Below are positions 46,589-55,309 of a stretch of DNA of 64,000 bases, in pieces (position 1 is the first letter of the stretch; every line of letters begins with the position of its first letter). This stretch comes from an uncultured Rhodobacterales bacterium. Lineage in GTDB: Bacteria > Pseudomonadota > Alphaproteobacteria > Rhodobacterales > Rhodobacteraceae. Where the stretch lies: contig CAYVRN010000003.1 of assembly GCA_964453855.1 (NCBI GenBank), forward strand, positions 7,604-71,603. The letters run 5' to 3'. The notes under the pieces were generated by a model. It had not been told where the DNA came from, made no database searches, and saw nothing but the letters and a program-made list of their open reading frames with translations. The translations under genes were made by a program, and so were the position numbers.

Positions 46589-49378
46589 ATGAGCTTATAC
46601 ACAGACTATCTCGCTGAGATTGAAACCCGTAAAGAACAAGGGCTTAGCCCGAAGCCGATCGATGATGGCGCGCTCTTGGCCGAAATCATCGCGCAAATCA
46701 AAGATAGCGAAAACGCGCATCGTGACGACTCGCTCAATCATTTCATCTACAACACGCTTCCGGGCACAACGAGCGCCGCAGGGGAAAAAGCTGCGTTTCT
46801 AAAAGAGATTATTCTAGGCAACGAAGTTGTGGCCGAGATATCGGTCGCGTTTGCATTTGAACTGCTGTCACACATGAAGGGCGGTCCGTCGATAGACGTT
46901 CTTCTCGATCTGGCACTGGGCGACGATGCGGGTATCGCGGCGCAAGCGGCAGACGTGCTGAAAACTCAAGTCTATCTGTACGAAGCAGACATGGCGCGTT
47001 TGGGCGAAGCATATAATGCTGGCAATGCTGTCGCCAAAGACCTGTTGGAAAGCTATGCACAGGCCGAATTCTTCACCAAACTGCCTGATATCGACGAAGA
47101 AATCGAGATCGTGACCTATATTGCCGCAGAAGGCGATATCTCGACTGACCTTCTGTCGCCAGGCAACCAAGCGCATAGCCGAGCAGACCGCGAGCTTCAT
47201 GGCAAGTGTATGATCTCGCCAAGTGCACAGGAAGAGATTCAGGCTCTGAAATTGCAGCACCCCGGCAAGCAAGTCATGCTGATTGCGGAGAAAGGCACGA
47301 TGGGCGTCGGTTCGTCGCGCATGTCAGGTGTGAACAACGTGGCGCTTTGGACCGGTAAGCAGGCATCACCGTATGTTCCTTTTGTGAACTATGCCCCGAT
47401 TGTCGGCGGTACAAACGGTATTTCGCCGATTTTCCTGACAACCGTAGGCGTGACCGGCGGCATCGGTCTGGATCTGAAAAACTGGGTCAAGAAAACAGAT
47501 GCTGACGGAAAGCCGATCCTGAACAACGACGGAAATGCGATCCTTGAGCAGGTGTATTCTGTGGCGACAGGTACGGTTTTGAAGATCAACACCAAGACGC
47601 ACAAACTACTTAGCGAAGATGGAGAAGAGCTTGTGGACGTCTCATCGTCGTTCACACCGCAAAAAGTCGAATTCATGAAGGCGGGTGGCTCTTACGCGAT
47701 TGTCTTTGGTAAGAAACTACAGACATTCGCAGCTGAAACTCTTGGTGTCGAAGCTAAGCCAGTTTTTGCTCCATCGAAGATTGTGACCAACGAAGGTCAG
47801 GGCCTCACAGCTGTTGAAAAAATCTTTAACAAAAATGCTCTTGGCGTTCCCGAAGGTACGGTCATGCATGCAGGCTCGGATGCACGTGTTCAGGTCAACA
47901 TTGTGGGTTCACAAGACACCACCGGCTTGATGACCATGCAAGAGCTAGAGTCGATGGCGGCAACCGTCGTGTCTCCCGCCGTGGATGGCGCCTATCAGTC
48001 TGGCTGTCACACTGCATCGGTTTGGGATTTGAAAGCTCAGGCGAATACGCCACGTTTGATGAAGTTCATGAACGATTTCGGTCTCATCACCGGCCGTGAT
48101 CCGAAGGAACAGTATCACCCGATGACGGACGTGATCCATAAGGTTCTGAACGACATTACCGTTTCAGATTGGGACATCATCATAGGTGGCGACAGCCACA
48201 CCCGTATGTCGAAAGGCGTGGCCTTCGGTGCAGACTCGGGTACCGTTGCACTGGCCTTGGCCACGGGTGAGGCCTCGATGCCAATTCCTGAATCGGTCAA
48301 AGTGACCTTCAAAGGAAAAATGGCTGATCACATGGACTTCCGTGATGTTGTTCATGCTACGCAGGCGCAGATGTTGGCGCAACACGGCGATAACGTGTTC
48401 CAAGGCCGCGTGATCGAAGTGCACATCGGCACTTTGTTGGCAGACCAAGCGTTCACATTTACTGACTGGACTGCCGAGATGAAGGCGAAAGCTTCGGTCT
48501 GTATTTCGAATGACGAAACTCTAATCGGATCTTTGGAACTGGCGAAAAGCCGCATTCAGATCATGATCGATGCGGGTATGGACAATGAAAAGCAGATGCT
48601 AGCCGGTCTGATCGCTAAGGCTGATGCTCGGATTGCGGAAATCAAATCTGGTGAAAATCCAGCTTTAACTCCAGACGACAACGCAAAATACTACGCTGAA
48701 GTTGTGGTTGATCTGGACCAGATCGTTGAGCCGATGATAGCTGATCCAGATGTCAACAACATCGACGTTTCCAAGCGCTATACTCACGACACCATTCGCC
48801 CGATCTCGTACTACAAGGCCGAGAAGAAGGTTGATTTGGGCTTTGTCGGATCTTGCATGGTTCACAAGGGTGATATCAAGATCGTGGCCCAGATGCTGCG
48901 CAACATTGAAGCGTTGAATGGAAGTGTTGAATTCAAGGCACCGCTAGTGGTCACCGCCCCAACCTACAATATCATCAACGAATTGAAGGAAGAGGGCGAC
49001 TGGGAAGTCCTGCAGAAATATTCGGGTTTCGAGTTCGACGATGCGGCACCAAAAACCGCAGCACGCACCGAGTACGAGAACATTCTCTACCTAGAGCGTC
49101 CGGGTTGTAACCTTTGCATGGGTAACCAGGAAAAAGCCGCTAAAGGTGATACAGTTCTGGCAACCTCGACCCGCTTGTTCCAAGGCCGCGTTGTGGCTGA
49201 CTTGCCAGAGAAGAAGGGCGAGTCGCTACTGGGATCGACACCTGTTGTGGTTCTGTCGGCTATTCTGGGGCGCACCCCAACGCTGGACGAATACAAATCA
49301 GCCGTCGAAGGTATCGACCTGACTAAATTTGCACCGCCTAAGGAAATTCCGGCGACGTCACGTTCAGTTCATTTCTAA
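46589..49378 (+). CDS. acnB: Aconitate hydratase B-type (aconitase 2 / 2-methylisocitrate dehydratase)
   Basis: 929 aa. The N-terminal HEAT-like domain aligns by eye with E. coli AcnB (..RKEQGLSPKPIDD..). Swivel domain precedes the catalytic domains. Cys ligand contexts GSCM and PGCNLCMGNQ. Confidence 0.8.
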   Translation: MSLYTDYLAEIETRKEQGLSPKPIDDGALLAEIIAQIKDSENAHRDDSLNHFIYNTLPGTTSAAGEKAAFLKEIILGNEVVAEISVAFAFELLSHMKGGPSIDVLLDLALGDDAGIAAQAADVLKTQVYLYEADMARLGEAYNAGNAVAKDLLESYAQAEFFTKLPDIDEEIEIVTYIAAEGDISTDLLSPGNQAHSRADRELHGKCMISPSAQEEIQALKLQHPGKQVMLIAEKGTMGVGSSRMSGVNNVALWTGKQASPYVPFVNYAPIVGGTNGISPIFLTTVGVTGGIGLDLKNWVKKTDADGKPILNNDGNAILEQVYSVATGTVLKINTKTHKLLSEDGEELVDVSSSFTPQKVEFMKAGGSYAIVFGKKLQTFAAETLGVEAKPVFAPSKIVTNEGQGLTAVEKIFNKNALGVPEGTVMHAGSDARVQVNIVGSQDTTGLMTMQELESMAATVVSPAVDGAYQSGCHTASVWDLKAQANTPRLMKFMNDFGLITGRDPKEQYHPMTDVIHKVLNDITVSDWDIIIGGDSHTRMSKGVAFGADSGTVALALATGEASMPIPESVKVTFKGKMADHMDFRDVVHATQAQMLAQHGDNVFQGRVIEVHIGTLLADQAFTFTDWTAEMKAKASVCISNDETLIGSLELAKSRIQIMIDAGMDNEKQMLAGLIAKADARIAEIKSGENPALTPDDNAKYYAEVVVDLDQIVEPMIADPDVNNIDVSKRYTHDTIRPISYYKAEKKVDLGFVGSCMVHKGDIKIVAQMLRNIEALNGSVEFKAPLVVTAPTYNIINELKEEGDWEVLQKYSGFEFDDAAPKTAARTEYENILYLERPGCNLCMGNQEKAAKGDTVLATSTRLFQGRVVADLPEKKGESLLGSTPVVVLSAILGRTPTLDEYKSAVEGIDLTKFAPPKEIPATSRSVHF

Positions 49379-49395
49379 GTCGCTTTGACTAGACG

Positions 49396-49429
49396 AAGGG
49401 CGTCACCGTTGGTGGCGCCCTTTTCGTTT
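49396..49429 (+). terminator. Rho-independent terminator after acnB
   Basis: GGGCGUCACC-guu-GGUGGCGCCC (10-bp stem with one G-U), followed by UUUUCGUUU. Confidence 0.75.
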
Positions 49430-49434
49430 GGCGG

Positions 49435-49764
49435 CTATGATCGTTTTTCGACCACACCGATCTTGTTCAGAATATGCTCGATCCCTGAATGTGGGTTTTG
49501 AACAGAGGCTTTGATCTGATCAAAACGTTGGCGCAGGCGGTCTTTTTCTTCTCCCTGACAGTCATTCCACTTACGGCCTTGAAGCCCCATGACCAGCGCG
49601 TAATACCCTATGAAATGTGGCTTGGCTCCGCTTTGAAGCAGTTTTGTATAGGCCTGGTCCGGTCCTAATGCGATCAGGGTTTCCGCGTCGGCAATGCCTG
49701 CACGGGCGAATTCCTGTTCGCTTGCGGGACCAAGGTTGCGGATTCAGGAAACGGGCGTGCTCAT
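49435..49764 (-). pseudogene. TfoX/Sxy C-terminal-domain protein gene interrupted by an in-frame TGA at codon 7
   Basis: Manual translation gives MSTPVS*IRNLGPASEQEFARAGIADAETLIALGPDQAYTKLLQSGAKPHFIGYYALVMGLQGRKWNDCQGEEKDRL... The NLGP..E..L...GI helix-hairpin-helix pattern is typical of TfoX_C. The only stop is TGA at 49744-49746. It is absent from the ORF track because no ATG/GTG/TTG ORF of 60 aa or more remains. Confidence 0.7.
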
Positions 49765-49819
49765 AGCTCAGTTGTAAGCAAGCGACCAGGGCTTGTCAGC
49801 CGGCTTGTATCGTAAGGTT

Positions 49820-50308
49820 TCAAATAGCCAGCAAAATAATGGTCGCCAAACCCCACAAGGTCATCTGATAATGCGTGTTCTGGCCTTCGTAGTGACAAAA
49901 CCAATAGCAAAACCAGTTACCTGCAATCAGAAATCCGGCCCAAGTGCTTGTAAAGAAAAGTGCGCCCATAATAGCAAGTCCCTTGGCGAACTGCACGTCG
50001 GAGCCTGTAAACAATGCGATCACCATCATCACCGTCGCAGCCCAAAGAACAGCGACAGCGATAACTTCCCACAGAACGATCAGCCGAAACAGAAACCTTT
50101 GTACGTTCGAGTTCGAAATCCTTCGGTGCGCTACATCGACATAGGCTTCCGGATATTCCTCGCGCATACGGGTCATATCCAAAACCTGCGACGTGAAGGC
50201 ACAGTTTAGGTTGGGCTTAAAAATGTTTTCGTAAACGCCGATTGTAAGCCACGCGGTGATAAACAACACAGCGGCAGATTGGGCTAAAAGCAAAGCAAAC
50301 TCATGCAT
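49820..50308 (-). CDS. DUF2165-family small integral membrane protein
   Basis: 162 aa, 4 hydrophobic segments. The family call is from memory of the ENIFKPNLN...V..M motif context. Confidence 0.45.
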   Translation of the reverse strand: MHEFALLLAQSAAVLFITAWLTIGVYENIFKPNLNCAFTSQVLDMTRMREEYPEAYVDVAHRRISNSNVQRFLFRLIVLWEVIAVAVLWAATVMMVIALFTGSDVQFAKGLAIMGALFFTSTWAGFLIAGNWFCYWFCHYEGQNTHYQMTLWGLATIILLAI

Positions 50309-50343
50309 AACCAGTTTTTCTCTTCATCGCGCGGCTCATTGCA

Positions 50344-51231
50344 TCAAGCAGGCAGACGCACGCCTTCGACGCCGTCAGATGCGGTGACCGAACAGCAGAT
50401 GCTGGATAGGGTTCGCGGCAATTCGTATGGCCACGGAGTTCCCCTATGTAGGGTCGCGCGTTGATCCCAGATCAACACATCCCCGACCGACCATTTGTGT
50501 GAATATGTAAACTCCGGCTGTGTGCAAAAGTCCATCAGTTCGTCTAACAGGGCTAGGCTTTCGGCATCATCATACCCATCCACTTTGTAAGCATGGCTGG
50601 CGATATACAGTGCCTCGCGCCCGTTGACGGGATTGGGCCAAACGGCTTTCCAATGCGTCGCCGGCCATTTGTGAAACATCGGCTGTTTAGCGAGTTCTGG
50701 CGAGATTTTGGCGCGCGAGATCGCATAATGGTGCCAGATACCACGATCCCTGATCCGCGCCTTCAAGTCTTCCGGCATCGCTGCCCATGCTGCGCGGGTC
50801 GAGGCCAGTTCAGTCGCTCCGCCTTGGTCTGTGACCACGCGACCGACAAGGATATTTGTGAGCGAAGGTGTGGGAATGAAGGTGCTGTCGGCGTGCCAAA
50901 GGAAGTTCGATTCCAGCTGCAAACGCTGCATGTCCATGGTGCCGTCCTGAAGCGATTTATCGATCGCTTGGTTCGTCACTTTTGGGATTTCAAACGCTTC
51001 TCCTGCTTTTCGTTCATCGGCTTTACGGTCTTCAATCGGCCCAAAGGCTTGGGCGAGCTTCAAATGGTCATCGTCGGAAAAATCCTGCGTCCGAAACAAC
51101 AGCGCGGAATGTTCCTCGAACAGCGCACGCAGTTCGCCGAAGCGGCCCGACCCTACGATATCGGCAAGGGGTAGGCCCGTGACTTCGACGCCGAAAGTGG
51201 ATGTTAGCGGGGTGGTTTTCAGTTCAGTCAT
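50344..51231 (-). CDS. TauD/TfdA-family Fe(II)/2-oxoglutarate-dependent dioxygenase
   Basis: Trimmed to ATG 51229-51231 (MTELKTTPLTSTFGVEVTG). HADSTF (HxD facial triad), WDQRATLHRG (distal His/Arg). AAGGA SD inside the upstream gene end. Confidence 0.8.
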   Translation of the reverse strand: MTELKTTPLTSTFGVEVTGLPLADIVGSGRFGELRALFEEHSALLFRTQDFSDDDHLKLAQAFGPIEDRKADERKAGEAFEIPKVTNQAIDKSLQDGTMDMQRLQLESNFLWHADSTFIPTPSLTNILVGRVVTDQGGATELASTRAAWAAMPEDLKARIRDRGIWHHYAISRAKISPELAKQPMFHKWPATHWKAVWPNPVNGREALYIASHAYKVDGYDDAESLALLDELMDFCTQPEFTYSHKWSVGDVLIWDQRATLHRGTPWPYELPRTLSSICCSVTASDGVEGVRLPA

Positions 51232-51235
51232 GATC

Positions 51236-52648
51236 CTATCCTTTGACGACTGCTTTTGCTTCGATTTCATCGGCGCTCAGGTCTTTGACTAAAGCCCAAG
51301 CTGCGGATTTGGAGCTGTTTAACAGCCCCTTGGGGTCCAGTCGTTTTTTCCAAGCAAGATGTGTGTAATCCGCGTTATGTAGACCACCGCCCTCGATCAC
51401 GTTCACATGGGCGTCGTAGACGATGAACCCGTGTTGGCGGTAGGTTTCGTTGATCTGATCTAGCCGATCTTGATCCGTGAACCAGATGATCGGTAGATCG
51501 ATCGACTGCAACTTCCCGTCAAAGCGCGCGAATTCGTGGTGCATCCAGACGTCATCTCCAATCACTTCGCGCAATGCCACAATGGCTTCGACGTCTGAAA
51601 CATCTGCCACCCCAATCTGCTGATACGTCGCCGATCGATCTGCTTTCAGCACCTGCAATGTCGTGTGGTTATAGGCAAACTCGAATGCATGCGGAATATT
51701 TGCAGCAACTCGTTCCGCTTCAGTGACGTGCAAATGAACGATGCCGCCATATTCGGCAACCAGGGCTTTGTAAGCCTCAAGGTCTTCGGGCGGGATATAG
51801 CACACCGACAGGTCGCGGCCTTCGGGGATGTGGTCTTTGAGGCGCGGGAAATATCCGGCAATCCGCGCATCGACCACATTCGCCATCTTCGGTGACATGT
51901 CTTTGGACGAGGCCAATGCATAGGTCGCGGCATAGGTTGTTCCGTAATCGTCAAACGTGGCCATGCAAGCCACCCAGTCGTGACTGGGAACGGTGCGCAG
52001 AGTGACCTGAGTGATCGCACCGTTTATCCCCCACGCATGGTGAATTTTCAGAACGTCAGCACCTTCGAATAGGTGTTCTTGCGGTTCGGCTTCGATCGAA
52101 AGCACTTTCAGCGAAATCAGATTGCCCGGTTCGCGCAAAGCGCCAGACGCTAACGACCCGATACCCGACGATCCACCCGCAACGAAGCCGCCAACAGTGG
52201 CTATATCCTGTGTAGACGGGAACATGGCCAGTTCCTGCCCCGATGCCTTCAATGCATTGTTGATATCCAGCATTAGCGCGCCCGCTTCGGCTGTCACATA
52301 GCCATCGCCAATTTCGATGATCCGGTCCATGGCCGTGGTTTCGATAATCAAACCGCCATTTACGGGCACTGCCTGCCCATAGTTGCCGGTTCCGCCACCA
52401 CGAAACACGATCGGCACGTCGGCCTGATAGGCTATCGCCAAGCAGTGTTTCATCTCGTCGCTGGTTTTGGGAACCGCCACCAGATCGCCGAACTCTTTCT
52501 TCAGTTGTTCGTTCAGGATGGGACTGTACCAGAAGAAATCGCGCGAACGCTTTTTCACCAACACAGGTTCGTCTATCACCTGAACCGGGGAAAGCTTCTC
52601 AGCGAAAGCCCCCCAGTCGATGTCGATTTTTCCGGATATGGATGTCAT
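51236..52648 (-). CDS. FAD-binding oxidoreductase (PCMH / FAD_binding_4 type)
   Basis: 470 aa. RGGGTGNYGQAVP and VGGFVAGGSSG are FAD-binding PCMH-fold motifs. ATGA overlap with the upstream amidohydrolase stop. Confidence 0.75.
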   Translation of the reverse strand: MTSISGKIDIDWGAFAEKLSPVQVIDEPVLVKKRSRDFFWYSPILNEQLKKEFGDLVAVPKTSDEMKHCLAIAYQADVPIVFRGGGTGNYGQAVPVNGGLIIETTAMDRIIEIGDGYVTAEAGALMLDINNALKASGQELAMFPSTQDIATVGGFVAGGSSGIGSLASGALREPGNLISLKVLSIEAEPQEHLFEGADVLKIHHAWGINGAITQVTLRTVPSHDWVACMATFDDYGTTYAATYALASSKDMSPKMANVVDARIAGYFPRLKDHIPEGRDLSVCYIPPEDLEAYKALVAEYGGIVHLHVTEAERVAANIPHAFEFAYNHTTLQVLKADRSATYQQIGVADVSDVEAIVALREVIGDDVWMHHEFARFDGKLQSIDLPIIWFTDQDRLDQINETYRQHGFIVYDAHVNVIEGGGLHNADYTHLAWKKRLDPKGLLNSSKSAAWALVKDLSADEIEAKAVVKG

Positions 52649-53892
52649 TCAGAGTCTCCTTGAAAAACAGCCGAAAGAGGCCGCGGAGCCATCACTCCGC
52701 CCAATAGATCGGCTGTTGAATTTGCGTCGAACTGGATGAGATCCCCTATCGCAGCCTCGTCGACTGTTTGAGGTGCAAGTCCAAGCGCCGCTCGGGCGTT
52801 GGTGGTGATCATCGGGAGATAGCGCCCAAACGGCGGATCAAGATGCGCGGCCAGTGTGGCCAGCGCCAAAGTCTGCCTTGGATCAAAGCGACCCAACGGG
52901 CAGAACGCATCACGGACATTATCAGTGCCAATAACCATATTAACCCCAGCTTCCTGAAGCTCTCTGATCCGCGTCAGACCGCGCCGGTCAGGCGTTCCTT
53001 CGGTACGTCCTTGTAGATACAGGTTGGCTGAAGGCAGGCTGACAACGGAAATGCGTGCCTTAGCCAGTTTTTCGGCTAAGCGATCCAGCTCTATCGACGA
53101 TAGGTTCATCAGACTACATGCGTGTCCACAAAGAACTGGCCCCTGAAAGTCCATAGAAATCGCGGTTTCGGCGATAATTGCTAGACCATCCAGACCGTCT
53201 TCAAGTCCTTCATCGACATGGAAATCAAGTGCTAAACCATGTTTTTCTGCCATCTTAAAGGCATTGCGAATGCCAGCTTCGCGCTCTGTCTGGTCGAAAA
53301 CAAAACTGCCCAGAACGCCGCCTTTGTCCGCGATCTGACGAGCGATTCTGTCGGCAGTTGTCAAATCCGCCAGATCTTCGATACCTGTCAGCGGAGCGAT
53401 TTGCATTGTCAGCTTGTCCCGATACTCTTCCTTTAGTTCACAAAGAATTGGCCAAGCCTTTGACGGGGCGCTGTGGTTTGCAGGTTGACCCCAATCGACA
53501 TGCGTGCGGACTGTTCCACAGCCTGAGGAAACCAATTCGTCCAAACCTAGGCTGGCGCGTGCTCGGATATCTTCGGTTGTCCACCCAAGCCGGTCCTTGG
53601 CCTGCGCATCAATCGCCGCCTGAAGATCCCCGCCAACGCCCTCCATCCGCGAAATCGTGTGGCACTTGTCCAGATGCACATGCGCTTCGGTAAATTTGGG
53701 AAGTACGATACGGGCAGGGATATCCGGTTGGGAAGAGGGAAGCATACCCACAACTCTCCCATCTTTGATGACGAGGTCGCCTTGAAGGGCGTCCTGAACC
53801 GACTGCCCGCCAAAGGCGCTAGGTGCATTAATAACCGACAAGGGCACGCGAACGTTTGAAACCGTACCGTCAACGCTGGTGTGATCCTTCAT
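52645..53892 (-). CDS. Amidohydrolase-superfamily deaminase, cytosine/creatinine deaminase (CodA)-like
   Basis: EAHVHLDKCHT (HxH), RTHVDW, FHVDE, CGHACS and GTDNVRD reproduce the CodA metal/catalytic pattern. ATG 53890-53892 chosen. A TTG at 53898 would overlap the upstream stop. Confidence 0.75.
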   Translation of the reverse strand: MKDHTSVDGTVSNVRVPLSVINAPSAFGGQSVQDALQGDLVIKDGRVVGMLPSSQPDIPARIVLPKFTEAHVHLDKCHTISRMEGVGGDLQAAIDAQAKDRLGWTTEDIRARASLGLDELVSSGCGTVRTHVDWGQPANHSAPSKAWPILCELKEEYRDKLTMQIAPLTGIEDLADLTTADRIARQIADKGGVLGSFVFDQTEREAGIRNAFKMAEKHGLALDFHVDEGLEDGLDGLAIIAETAISMDFQGPVLCGHACSLMNLSSIELDRLAEKLAKARISVVSLPSANLYLQGRTEGTPDRRGLTRIRELQEAGVNMVIGTDNVRDAFCPLGRFDPRQTLALATLAAHLDPPFGRYLPMITTNARAALGLAPQTVDEAAIGDLIQFDANSTADLLGGVMAPRPLSAVFQGDSE

Positions 53893-53894
53893 AG

Positions 53895-54680
53895 TCAAGC
53901 CCTGTGGTCGAATTTGGCGAATTCTTTCAGGAATTCTACAAAGTTCCGCGCAGCCGAGCTAAGAAGATGCTCACCTTTTTCAACCGTTGCGGCTGCAGCG
54001 TTACCGCAGGCGCCTGCAAGATGGAGATCATCAATAATCCACGAAGGTCGCGCCGCTTGCCCAGTTAGTCCGATTAAACGGCTGTTTTTTTCCCATTCGT
54101 TCATAGCCGGGATGAAATTTTGAGCGCGGGTCATATCCACTAAGTCTGGTTTAACTGCAAGCATGACGGACGTCTCGCTTTCGCCTGCATGCAGGTCGAT
54201 GGCATAGTCGTCAGCTGCGATTACTCCGCCTACGTCGGCAAAAGCGGACCACGAACATGTCGCCACGATCATGTCATGTGTGATCCGAAGGTCTCGAGCT
54301 GCGATGTCCAGCACGGCGTTATTGCCACCGTGTCCGTTTAGTAATACCAGCCTCTGAATTCCCGTTCGGGCAACGCTGGCTCCGATGTCCCGCAGCGTGG
54401 CTAGCATTGTTTCGGCTGATAAACTCAGAGTTCCAGGGTGACGGTCATGTTCACCACTTTTGGTTATTGTCAGTGTCGGCAGAACCAGAACGCTTTGATC
54501 GGCGTCTAGCAAGGAAAGACCGCGCTCAACTGTAGCCTCGACCAAATCGCGGTCCACGGACAAAGGCAGGTGCGGTCCATGTTGCTCAATGGCACCGATC
54601 GGAACAACTGCGATCGTTCCTTTTGGCAAAGCATGAAAAGCCGATGCGGTTTGATCTGCCCAGTAACCTTGAAAACTCAT
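53895..54680 (-). CDS. Creatininase-family (creatinine amidohydrolase / MftE-like) metallohydrolase
   Basis: 261 aa. PIGAIEQHGPHLPLSVD, LLNGHGGN and DLHAGESETS are the family metal-binding motifs. Weak own SD. The start overlaps the stop of the upstream 26-codon ORF. Confidence 0.8.
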   Translation of the reverse strand: MSFQGYWADQTASAFHALPKGTIAVVPIGAIEQHGPHLPLSVDRDLVEATVERGLSLLDADQSVLVLPTLTITKSGEHDRHPGTLSLSAETMLATLRDIGASVARTGIQRLVLLNGHGGNNAVLDIAARDLRITHDMIVATCSWSAFADVGGVIAADDYAIDLHAGESETSVMLAVKPDLVDMTRAQNFIPAMNEWEKNSRLIGLTGQAARPSWIIDDLHLAGACGNAAAATVEKGEHLLSSAARNFVEFLKEFAKFDHRA

Positions 54681-54757
54681 ATCTCAAACCAACGACTGCT
54701 GGGTGGACACGTTTTTGGGTCCGATAATTGATCGCGTGAATGCACACGTTGAAACAT
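54677..54757 (-). CDS. Candidate 26-aa leader/precursor peptide ORF (MFQRVHSRDQLSDPKTCPPSSRWFEI)
   Basis: ATG 54755-54757 is preceded by AAGGAGGA (54762-54769) plus a 4-nt spacer. The TGA at 54677-54679 overlaps the ATG of the creatininase-family gene (ATGA). Not in the ORF track because it is under 60 aa. Confidence 0.45.
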   Translation of the reverse strand: MFQRVHSRDQLSDPKTCPPSSRWFEI

Positions 54758-54885
54758 GCCGTCCTCCTTGACGAAACGTTGCTACGTGGCCCTGTGATTC
54801 AATCTGTGCCAGAGATATTCCAAAAGGGTTGCAAAGTTTTTCGTGACCCGCAAGTCTTATTTAGTCAAAATAAAAGGTTCACAAT

Positions 54886-55275
54886 ATGAAAGAGTTAACC
54901 CCAAAAAGTCTCAATCCACCTTTAGCCCGATATGCACATGGCGTTGAAATTCCTGCCAGCTGGCGCATCGTCCAAACGTCCGGACAGCTGGGGATTCGCT
55001 TGGATGGGACTATTCCCGCCGACGCCTACGAACAGGCGAAAATCTGTTTTGAAAACATCAGGGAAATCCTGAAAGAGGCGGGTATGTGTGCGGGCGATGT
55101 CTCCCATATATCCGCCTATGTTACAGATCGGGTCCATATGGCAGGATATATGCGTGCGCGAGACGAATTTGTGGGGCCGACAGACCGCTTACCCAGCTCG
55201 ACGCTGTTAATCGTGTCAGGTTTTACGCGGGAAGAATTCAAAGTTGAAGTCGAGGTTCTGGCGGCCGCTCAATAG
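54886..55275 (+). CDS. RidA/YjgF-family reactive-intermediate (enamine/imine) deaminase
   Basis: 129 aa. TSGQLG, the AYVTD-type motif and C-terminal VEVEV are typical of the YjgF/RidA fold. Divergent from the creatininase operon. Confidence 0.75.
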   Translation: MKELTPKSLNPPLARYAHGVEIPASWRIVQTSGQLGIRLDGTIPADAYEQAKICFENIREILKEAGMCAGDVSHISAYVTDRVHMAGYMRARDEFVGPTDRLPSSTLLIVSGFTREEFKVEVEVLAAAQ

Positions 55276-55309
55276 ATATGCGTATCGAAACTTAATTTGA
55301 AAGAACGAG

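Noticed and set aside
54797-54812. Sigma-54-like TGGCAC element upstream of the 26-codon ORF (minus strand TGGCACAGATTGAAT)
   Set aside because: The -12 element is wrong: GAAT sits where TTGC is required at the correct spacing. No enhancer-binding protein gene is nearby.
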